64,000 bases of DNA from Gnetum montanum. Taxonomy: Eukaryota > Plantae > Gnetophyta. Positions 53,776 to 64,000 of the stretch are shown piece after piece (within the stretch, counting starts at the first letter, position 1; every line of letters starts with the position of its first letter). Location of the stretch: positions 239,989 to 303,988 of the forward strand of contig MNCI01001083.1 in the NCBI GenBank assembly GCA_015680685.1, given 5' to 3'. The position numbers were made by a program, and so were the translations under genes. The notes below the pieces were generated by a model that saw only the letters and a program-made list of their open reading frames with translations, ran no database searches and was not told where the DNA came from.

Positions 53776-56700
53776 GATTAAAGTATGAGTGCTTAGGAGC
53801 CAATTAGTTTGCCTTTGTATCTACATGGACCTCACGGTAATGTTGAGTGGTGTATCAACCCTAATTGCCTAGATCTTGAGCCTAAGAGTCTTGTAGACCA
53901 CATGCCCTCAATATAGAAACCTCTAGAGTGGCCTAAAAACCTAATCAAACTTCTCCATTTAGAGGTAAGTAACATAATCAAAGGCTCTCTAGTGGAGGTT
54001 CTTATCACAACAAATACTGGTGAGGAGAAAACCCTTAAACAAAGTTCCACTAGAACCTCAATATGCTCAAGACATCACTAAGCTCCTACAAAATAACATT
54101 AAGGCCTTTACCTAAAGATATGCCAAGCCTAGACCCTCATTTAGTCTAGCATAACATCATACTATACCCTAGCATAAGACTAGTTAAGCAAAAAGTGCAC
54201 AAAATTAAACTTGATTTGGCCTTGGCAATTCGCGATGAGACCTTAATGCTCTACCAAGAAGGTTTCATTATGACTATCAACTATGCAGAATGGGTGTCCA
54301 ACATAATGGTAGTCCCTAAGAAAAATGGGAGTATCTATATTTGCACTGATTTCTAAGACCTAAATAAAGCAACCATCAAACATGACTTTCCTTTCCCTAG
54401 TATTGATCAACTTATAGATACTATGGCTGGACATGCCTTATTGTCCTTCATGGATGTATTCTTAGGATATAAAAAAAATTAGGATCAACCCAAAGCATCA
54501 AATTAGAATAACCTTTATGATCCCATGAGGTACCGTTTTCTATACTATGATGTCATTTGGCCTTAAGAACATTGGAGCAACCTATCAAGAAGTCATGACG
54601 TATATATTTAGCAATTACATGTTAGGATTACTTAACGATTACATAAATGATATAGTTGTTAAGTCCAAAGTGGCCAATGACCATGCTAATGACCTAGACC
54701 TTGTGCTTAAACAATTCCTTAAATACAAGCTTAGGCTCAATCCTAACAAGTATGTCTTCAATGTCAAGACCAAATTAGTAGTATCTGAAGTGGGGATACA
54801 TGTTGATCTTGATAAGGTTAAAGTCATATCCAAATTAGTAGTGCCTACCAACCTTAAAGAGCTTTAGGGATTACAAGACATATTATAGTTTATTCATAGA
54901 TTTATCAATAGGCTTATAGATAAGTTACAGCCCATGCAACATTTTCTTAAGAAATGAGATCACTATGAATGAACAGCTCAATGCCAAGAGGCCTTTGAAA
55001 CCCTTAAGTAAGAATTAACACCACTACCGATAGTCTATCCTCTACAAGAGGGTAAATTATTTTACATATACCTTTCCATCTCCAATACATCCATTTCCTC
55101 TCTACTCTATTAGAAACATAATGATGATGCAAAAATGCTTGTATAATACCTTAGCCATGCATTAGGTTTCCATGAGGTTCGACACACTGAAGTGGAGAAG
55201 TATTGTCTAGCACTAGTCTTTTCCTTGAAGAAGTGGAGACACTACCTCTTTAGACACCAACTCATTGTAATTTGCAAGGATAACATACTCAAAGCCACAA
55301 AAACCAACATCTATGAAAGTAGCCGTATAGCCTGATGAAAAGCCATAATTGTGGAGTTCAACCTTCATTACATCTCTCAATCATCAATGAAAGGTCAAGC
55401 TATAGTCATACAGCTTACAGTTTCACCTATTGATGATCAAGAAGCAATAGATCTTAAGTTCCTTTATGAACACATTAACACATTTAGTCAAGTACCGAAG
55501 GGTTAAGAGGTGGTCATGCACTTTGATGGAGCTTCAACTGCTCATGGAGCCAGTGCTATTACCATCATAACATTCCTTTCTAGTAATATCCAACACTTTG
55601 CCTATCATTCTAAATTCCTATGTACCAACAACATAGTGGAGTATGAAGGTTTGATCAAAGGGATGATGGTAGCTCATGACCTAGGAATTAGATGTTTAGT
55701 GATCAAGGGCAATTCACAACTGGCGGTTAACCAAGTGATCGATGTATATGCATGTAAGGCCAAACACTTACAACCTTACTATGATGTAGGGAAGAAATTA
55801 TTACAACAATTCATAGATGTTGATATCCAATACACCCTAAAAAAATAATTTCATAGTTGATTTAATTGCAATGTTAGCCCTTAGTATGACACCAAATGTA
55901 TTTAGCAAGTTACACACCTTAATAGTGGACTGTGCTTCTTCCATCACACAAAACACTAAGGATACTTTTGTGGGGTCATCATTCATACTGATCGTACCAA
56001 GGAGTGGTATGAAGATATCAAATTTTACCTTATGCATGGTGAATCCTCACAAGGCCTAACTACTTCTCAGGAGGATGTTGTACGTAAGCAATTGAAGTAG
56101 TATGTCATCATGGGTGATAACACATTATGACAACAATCTTATGATGGCATACTCCTACAGTGTTAGGAAAAATCAAAGCTAGAATAGTCCTAGAGGAGGT
56201 TCATAAGGGTGTTTGTGGAGGACATATAGGACCAAGATCTATGATCTCTAAGATTAGACAATTAGGCTACTATTGGCCCCATATGGAAAATGACAACCTA
56301 CAAAAGGTTAAGTGATGTAACAAATGCCAAAAATATAGCAATCCTATACATGTACCACCAACTAAGATGCATATCACTCAGATAACATGGCCATTTCAAT
56401 GTTTGGGATTGGATATCATTAGACCCATACCACCTAAGTTTTCCATAAAACATAGCTTAATCATCACCGCAACCAAATACTATACAAAGTGGGTTGAGGC
56501 TAATCTCCTAAGGAAGACTAAATCTAAACAAGTCTACAAATTCATCCTAGAGAACATTGTATCTCATTTTGGTAGATCCATGACCATAATTATAGATAAT
56601 TGTCCACAATTTAGTAGCTAGGAAACAAAATATTTCTACCATGACCTAGGCATTAAGCATTCTTTCCCATTCCCTTATTCCCCTCAAGCCAATGGACAAG

Positions 56701-57235
56701 AAAAATCAAGAAACAAGGTCATCATCAACTTACCCAAGAATATGCTCAACAACAGCAAGCACGAATGGCATGAACAACTTGTTCATGCACTATGGGCATA
56801 TAGAATAACCTATTACATAGTAACTAGTATAGTCTAGTTTATGGTTTTAAAGCTATTTCACCTCTTGAATTGTAGGTGCCATCACTTCAAGTAGCCTTTC
56901 CCAACTTCATTAATAAAAATTAGAACAAGTAGTTGTAGACAATAGCCCTAAACTCAGTGGAGGAGCAATGTATGCAAGTACACACTCACATTGAATACTA
57001 TTAAGAGAGGTAGAAGCAATAGCTTCACCATAACTTAACTATACCTAAGATGAAAGAAGATGACTTGGTTCTCAAAGCCATCCACAAGCATGTGGAAAAA
57101 TTCTAAGCAAAATAAGAAGGATCCTTCCTTGTCACTAGAGGTTACGATAATGGAGCATTTAGAATAGCCAACATGAATGGGAATGAGCTGGCCAATCCAA
57201 TCAGTCATTCCTATCTAAAGCCATACTATATGTAG
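53776..57235 (+). pseudogene. pol: Element C pol remnant: RT-RH-aRH-INT
   Basis: MSFGLKNIGATYQ..YINDIVV..LRLNPNK (RT); MHFDGAS..TNNIVEYEGLIKG..IKGNSQL (aRH); EVHKGVCGGH, WPFQCLGLDII, YYTKWVEA and PQANGQ (INT). Confidence 0.93.
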
Positions 57236-57476
57236 GCAAAAAAGCATCAACAAATGAGCCTACTTTCAATAGTTTTCTATGACCTTAACCTAGCAACAGC
57301 GCCTTAAAGTGGTGCCATGACCTACCACAATCTTAAACTAGCAACTTTGGTAACTTGGATAGCTTGATTCTCATGTGGCTTATATGCATTCTAGTGTTAT
57401 GATATGTAGTGATACTTTGTATTCTTTGAAAATGCCTCTCAGGTCAATCCTCAAGGCACCAACAAAGAGGGGCCAT

Positions 57477-59029
57477 TGAAACACTACAAAAATTCACATG
57501 TTATAGCCAATTTTTATCATGTAGCTTTCACCCCATGAGACACAAGGCAAAACTTCATTGTAAATGTGAAGATTGTAACCCACAATGGGCAATTTCACAT
57601 AAGTTATACTTTTAGGGCTGAAAAATGCCTCATAAGTGGTCAAAGTCTTATTCCCCAAGTTAAAAAAATTTCCTAGTATCTATATTTGGGCTTGGAGGGT
57701 CAAAATTCCTTTTGGAATGCCAAAAATGGCAATTTGATGGGTTTTATGGGGGTTATACATTTTTCTACATTGGAAACACTTGCAAATGGTAGATCTCACC
57801 TACCCCTAATGTGGAGAGATAGGGGATTTTCCCTTAACTTGGAAACTTCTCCCCTTCCACCTCCTCCCCCTCCCCCCCCCCCCCCCCCCCCAGCATGGAG
57901 ATTGCATGATAAACTTGGAAAACTTCCCCCTCAACATGGAAGTTTTCCCCCAATGTGGAAATTTCAATTCCCCACCCCCAGCATGGAAGTCACAATAGCT
58001 GGATTTCAACACTCCATGCACTTGAACATTGACCAACCACTTTAGCAAGCATGGTGAAGAGCTCAAAATGGAAGATTTATCTCCAATGTAGAAGGTTTGC
58101 CCCCATTACAATTTATAGTAAACAAAATGGCCATGGGGGAAAGGCACTTAATATATATGATAACCCCTCAAAGATGGGTACCCATATCACTTGAATAAGG
58201 TATAATTTTGTAGTAATTTGATAGCCATTTTTCAGCCAAATCATAGCCATTTTGTAGCACCATTCATGGTCCAAAACCTATAAAAACTAGCTTTAAGCAC
58301 CATTGACAGGTTCCACTTTTTTGGCATGTGAATACATTAAGCACACATACATTTTCCAAGTAATAATTCCACACTTGGGACATTTTCAAGAACTCAAGAG
58401 CTCTTGCAATCTCCCATGTTTGCATTCTCTTGAAGCCCATCATGGAAGCATTATCACTCTAACACTTGTGGATTTTTTTATGTCAATGCTACACTTCTAA
58501 GATTTCCAAACCCCATCATGGAGCAATCTAGCATTCAAATTTTTCACTCATCAACTCCTCCCCCCCCCCAAAGTAGTGATCAATGTTACAAATCTAGATT
58601 GGTAATATAGGAGGTTCAATAGCATCAAGAGTGGCAAGCTATCTGAATCGTCAAGTTGACTACATTAACTTCAACAAACCCTAAATCCCCATCCAAGTGA
58701 ACCATCCTACTACCCATTCAAGCATCATTTGTACACATTTCTCTAACTTATTCTTTATTATTTCTCAATAAAGTTTTAAGTTTTGGGTTTTATGTGACAA
58801 ACATATTTGTTTATTTTCTATGCATTATTCAAATTTGTTATCAATTTTTGCATTCCCACTTCATTACACTATTTTGCAAATCTTCCAAGTCTCTGGTTGA
58901 TCTACCAAACCAACCAAAGTACCTTAGATTCCACATTTTTTCATAGGCTCTGGGGATCCAAGATTGAGGACTATTGTGCACCAGACTTATTGGTCTTTAT
59001 TTTAATAATCGATTATTCTAATCACAACA
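57477..59029 (+). repeat. Element C 3' LTR (PPT AACAAAGAGGGG at 57461-57472; TATA-like at 58279-58285)
   Basis: TGAAACAC...CACAACA; direct repeat of 28302-29819. Confidence 0.92.
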
Positions 59030-60442
59030 ATCTCAAATCCCTAGAGCATTTGAAAGATGGGATTTAGGTACCCTAGATAGTCTAGCAAATCACCCAGGAA
59101 CTTATAAAATGCAAAATGGTGGATTGAAGAAAATGCAAACATCACATATCTAGAAAAATAGAAAGAAAATGCAAATTGCACACAAATGAAACTTTGAAAC
59201 TTCATTTAAAAAATAAAGAATGAGTTCTAGAAATGTGTACAAGAAATGCCCATGAGAAAGCAAAAAGGAGTTCACTGGGATAGGAGTTAAAAGCCCATTG
59301 AAGCCAATGTGATCTACTCCATGATCTGGGTGCTTAGCCACTCCTGATGCTTTCAAACCTCTTCTATTATAAATTACATATTTGCAACTTGGTCACTACT
59401 AGGGGGTGAGAAGAGTGAGGAAATTTGGCTGCTAAATTACTTTGCATTGGAAGTTCGGGATCCTAGAAATGTAGCATTGAAACCAAACACCCATAAGGCT
59501 TAGGGGGCTAATAAACAAGGTAACATGGCTACATGAATTCCATGTTGAGAAGCTTTAAGAAGCTATGTTTTGCAAGTGTTTCAAGAGTTCTTGAAAGCCA
59601 CAAGTGCTATGTGCTCAAAATTTTCAAAGTGTGAAACCTAAAAAGGATGTTGGGGTTTTGATTTTATAGCTTTTGGACCATGATTTTTGCTGTAAATTGG
59701 CTGACAAATTGGTTGCAAATTGCTACAAATTTCTAGCATGTACAAGTGAGATGGGTGCCCAAATTTGGAGGGTTACTTTGTATAGTAATTGCTAAACCCC
59801 CATTTCCATTTCATTTACTATAAGTAGTAATCGGGGCACACCTTCTACATTGGAGGTAGATCTTCTATGTTGGGCCTTCAATCCTCCACATTGAAGTTGT
59901 TGGTGAATCTTGAAGTCATTGAAGTATTAAAATCTTACTCATGTTTCTTCCATGCTAGGGGCATGTAGTTTCTATGCTGGGAGAGGAGCCTCCATGCTGG
60001 GGGAAAATTCCACTCTAAGGGTGAAGCTTTTCACACTATGCATTTAGTCTTCACACTAATGGGTAAAGTTTTCATGCTAAGGAAAAAGCCCCCATCCCTC
60101 CACACTGGGGGTAGGTGAGATTTTCCCTCCTGCAGGTGTTTCTAGCATAGAAAAGTGTATACCCCCCATAAAACCCATCAAATTCCCATTTTTGGCATTC
60201 CAAAAGGCATTTTCTAACCCCCTCCAAGCCCAAATATAGATACTAGATGAATTTTTTCATTTGGGGAATGAGGCTTTGACCACCTATGAGGCATTTCTCA
60301 ACCCCAAAAGTATGAAATATGTGAGATTATCCACTCTGGATTTCAATCTTTACATTTACAATAAATTTTTACCTTGAGTTTCATCGGGCAAAGGCTACAT
60401 GATGAAAATTAATTGTAACATGCAAATTTTCATGGTGTTTCA
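59030..60442 (-). repeat. Element B 5' LTR, main part (TATA-like at 59662-59668)
   Basis: Colinear with 8258-9667; ends GGTGTTTCA, the reverse complement of TGAAACACC. Confidence 0.88.
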
Positions 60443-60447
60443 CAACC

Positions 60448-61095
60448 ATATATAGAACTAGGATTGGATCATTTTAATTTCTCTGAAATATCAAAATATA
60501 TTTATAATATGGAACATCACACTTATCTAGATTCATTCAGGAGCCAAGACAATCTCACATGTAAGCACTTATGCATCTCCTCAAGTATGTAAAAGAAACT
60601 TGCAACCTTGGTATTCAATTCAATAAATGAGCTAATGAGCTTCATGCATATTTAGATGATGAGTGGACAAAAGATAATGATAATAGAGAATTCACATCAA
60701 GAGCTCTTATTATGCATGGAAAAAATTCTATATAGTAAAAATCAAAGAAATAATCATTCATCAACTTATTCATATATGAAGAAAACTTTATTACCATAGC
60801 TAAATGCCTCTAACACATACTCTATCTAAATAAGCTTCTCTCACACTTACGATTTGAAGTTCATCTCCCTATAAATTTGTATTATGATTATACAATAGTA
60901 ATATAACTATTTTAAGACTATGTACATCACAAAAATCTAAAACACATTAACATCAACTACTATTTCATTCAGTAAGAAGTGAAAGAAAAAATCATCAAAC
61001 CCATTCACATTACTTCAAAAGAGAAAATTTCTAACATACTAACAAAAAATATTTTATCTCAAAGGATCAAATGCCATAATGAATCTATAAGAATT
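60448..61095 (+). pseudogene. Copia RT C-terminus and RNase H remnant
   Basis: Resumes IYRTRIGS after the TSD. Contains LDDEWTKDNDNREFTSR (decayed D.DW..D.D.R.STSG), KSKK, HINI and NILTK. Confidence 0.85.
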
Positions 61096-61163
61096 TAAAG
61101 CATGATAAAGAAAGAAGAAAAAAGAAAGATAAAGAATGAAGATTTCCTTCCACTTTGAGGGAT

Positions 61164-61402
61164 TGTTGACATTTTAAAGTAGAAAACATGAATTTTTTAT
61201 TTTTATTACACTATAGGAGTTTATTTTAATAAAATATATAAATTTCCAAATTACTGAGTAATTATAATGTTATTTTTGCTGCAATCCATATGTGTGTGTG
61301 TGTGTTTTATTACGCTCTAGGAGTTTATTTTAACAAAATATAGGAAATTTCCAAATTGATGAGCAATTATAATGTTATTTTCACTACAATCTATATATAT
61401 AG

Positions 61403-61441
<39 letters not shown>

Positions 61442-62210
61442 TTAAGTTTTATTATCATTGGGGCTATATTGTATTATTTTTAGTAAAATTTATTGTACTT
61501 ATCACATATACATATTCATGGCATCTCTTGGAAACTTGTAACATGGAATCATCAATATAATTTTAGTAATAATTTGACTATTTAATCATCAAATTCATTA
61601 GCCTTTCATCAGTTCATTAATTCATCACCATTCATCAACATCATTCATCATTATTTACTCAATCTTTAAAGTTTAATAATTAGAATTGGGGATATTTACT
61701 ATTTTGATCATATCTTTGTAATTTTAAAACATTTTTTAGTTATTATAGATTTATTATAAATCTATAATAGGTGGCTACATGTAGCTAAAATTTTAATTCA
61801 ATATCTATTATGATTTGAAAGAAATTGGTAGATTGTCTAAATCCTAAATTTTTATCAAAATAAATAATAGTTAATTATTAGACTATTTATCTCTCATCAC
61901 ATGGAAATTTGATGTGATATTAGATTTATTTGAATGCTAATATTTTTGGGAAGGTTTAGTTAAAATTTTAGCATTATAAACTTAAGAACTTTTGAGTTAT
62001 CATCTCAAATTTCCACTACTAGAATTGCTATGATTTTGATAGATTGGAAAGAACATAATATAACTGTAGCTTCTAGATATCTTTTGTAGTACTTTATTTT
62101 TCCCAATCATAAACATTTTCTAATGTTTCCAAAAAATACAAATTTTATTAGCTTATTCTTTGTAAAGTTAAGATAACCAAGAAATTATTTTGCTACCTAA
62201 GATTCCTTCA
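61164..62210 (+). repeat. Copia 3' LTR, preceded by PPT remnant TTGAGGGA
   Basis: TG...CA ends, homology to 4736-5635, and an internal ~103-bp tandem duplication (61202-61436) with (TG)n tracts. Confidence 0.9.
61404..61436 (+). repeat. (TG)16 microsatellite within the copia 3' LTR
   Basis: Seen directly in the sequence. Confidence 0.95.
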
Positions 62211-64000
62211 CATTGGATGTTAAGTACTACATACTATCATCATAACAATGGTCATCATATCCTCCATCAGCATACTTGAAGGATCCAGATGAGCTCCTTA
62301 ATAGCGATCTTCACATTTTTCCCTACATTCACGTGTCTCATGTTGCATCCTCATCATACTCATCTCCAAATCCATGGTTATCTTTGATGTCTCATCATAT
62401 GAAATAAGGTGAAGAAGCAACACATGATGCTTCAGTAGCAAGTTAATTTCTCTAAGAAATTCGTTTATCATATATCGAACATGTACTAGCTTGATGACAT
62501 AAGCACTAAGCTCTACAAAATAGGCATCATACTTGATCAAGTTTCAACTACCCTAACATAACCAATAAAAGTCCTCCTCTATCACCTACACATACTAAGT
62601 GACAATGTACTAGTAGAAAAAGGAAATTAAGAAATCTTTTCAAGTAACCTCCTACTGTATCTATTCCTTAGTCTACTCCTTAAACCTTCAGGCAGCATCT
62701 AAAAATATTAGTAAGTTGGTATGCTACAAGTCTAGTCTACTAATCTAAGATACAATCCATCACATCAAATGTTTTTCTTATCTCCTCTAACCACTCAATA
62801 GCTATATTAAGATCCTTAATACTAGAAAATGTAAGAGGGCCTGACTTGTAAAACTATATCACCAACTCTTTATTGATTTATTTCCTAGAATGTCTTCTAT
62901 CATCACATGTATCTTCCACTGCTTTGATTCTACTATAATTATCAACCTCTCTAACGGTTAATCTACTACTACCATCAATATGTATGGTGGTTAGTACACC
63001 TATACCACTATGACTTCCAACCTCACAATTGTTGTTGCATCTATCTAGGCTATGTACTACTATAACAATTTCATTATCTATCCTATGAAGTTTATTTGAG
63101 AATCATTGATTCCTATTCCCACTAGTTATACTTGTGTCTAAGTCATTATCAATGTTTCTTCAACCTATGTACTTAGAGGTACCAAAGCCTCATCAGCATG
63201 ATGATCTTTGTCATTGAATCTCTACCTTCTATACATACCTAATACCTACAATCATAGAGGTGAGTACCACAACATTCCATAATAATTGAAATAACCTACT
63301 TTATTATCACTCTATAACATCCCAAGCATTCAACGTAAGTCTAGTTCAAGTAAGGATTGAATGCCAATGCAAGCATGTAAATCAAATCATTGAAATAGAT
63401 AATTGAATTACATAACTTAGTAGAATATCATAAATCACATTTTAAAAATTGCAAATACACATAACTGTATTAGAATGGTACATACATATATACAATCAGT
63501 ACATATATAATATTATCCTCTAATAGTACTATACATCAAAGCATAATTAATGCAAATACATAATAAGCTTATATTACAAGCCATCATTTCATATCAAGCT
63601 ATATGTCTAACACATGTTCTATCACTCTATATATCATATAAATACTATGCATAAGTCATAGCTCATAATCATTCAAACCTTATACCATTTAAAAATACAT
63701 GCATTAAATGTACAAAAATATATAATAAGAAGCATACAAATATAAAACCAAGGTCTCCATCACCTCCCTCATACCTACTTGCCTCTTGAGTGTTGTTGCA
63801 ATAGTAGTGACTTTCATGAAATAGTAAAGGACTTGGATTATGAGATTTACTTCTTTGCATGATATCCCATAACTTTCAAAGATCGATATATTCATGTGAT
63901 AAGATTGAGCTAATATCTATGATGAGAAAAAAGGTACCCCCTACACCCAACCATACAAATGACAAGCATTCATGCAAGATCCAGTCAAATTCCATGGATG

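Larger units (their letters stand above)
28302..59029 (+). mobile_element. Element C: Ogre-like Tat Ty3/gypsy, same family as B in inverted orientation, interrupted by D
   Basis: TG..CA ends; degenerate TSD ACGTC/ATCTC (each one change from ACCTC); two LTRs, PBS, PPT and the full domain set. Confidence 0.92.
8195..60442 (-). mobile_element. Element B: Ogre-like Tat Ty3/gypsy retrotransposon (degenerate), 5' LTR interrupted by C
   Basis: TSD CAACT (8190-8194) / CAACC (60443-60447), TG..CA ends, tRNA-Asn-type PBS, and gag-PR...RT-aRH-INT on the minus strand. Confidence 0.9.
4736..62210 (+). mobile_element. Ty1/copia LTR retrotransposon (degenerate), outermost nest layer, interrupted at 8195-60442
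   Basis: Matching LTRs at both ends, perfect TSD CATTG (4731-4735 and 62211-62215), PBS and PPT remnants, and gag-INT-RT-RH domain order. Confidence 0.93.

Noticed and set aside
57686-58066. Poly-proline and poly-glycine ORFs
   Set aside because: These are translations of a poly-C tract inside an LTR and are not conserved in the twin LTR.
8195-60442. Assembly fold-back artefact explaining the mirror symmetry
   Set aside because: The arms are substantially diverged, carry private indels, and each element has its own TSD.
61372-61560. ORF with a VCVCVC run
   Set aside because: It is the translation of a (TG)n microsatellite.

Overview
This window is AT-rich, strongly CpG-depleted plant intergenic DNA with no recognisable intact host gene; the Tat domain orders suggest a gymnosperm-like genome (inference). 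Almost all of it is a nest of old, decayed LTR retrotransposons, and the insertion order can be read from target-site duplications (TSDs). (1) A Ty1/copia spans 4736-62210 (+, TSD CATTG/CATTG). (2) Its RT is split by an Ogre-like Ty3/gypsy, element B, at 8195-60442 (-, TSD CAACT/CAACC). (3) The 5' LTR of B is split by an inverted copy of the same family, element C, at 28302-59029 (+, TSD ACGTC/ATCTC). (4) C is split just after its protease by an internally deleted Tat element D at 34540-43927 (+, TSD TGGAT/AGGAT), whose archaeal-type RNase H remnant lies between protease and RT. The 3' end of a third B/C relative (A) occupies about 1300-3475. The most notable feature is the B/C architecture: gag-protease and RT-RH-aRH-INT are separated by about 10 kb. 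This interval carries an antisense seven-exon gene (unrecognised N-terminus, plant-mobile-domain-like segment, acidic linker, helical C-terminus) with a matching exon layout in both copies. It also carries a ~2.5-3 kb array of short inverted motifs and is bracketed by a tandem repeat that recurs after integrase. All coding regions are pseudogenised. Coordinates were read by eye and may be off by a few bases.
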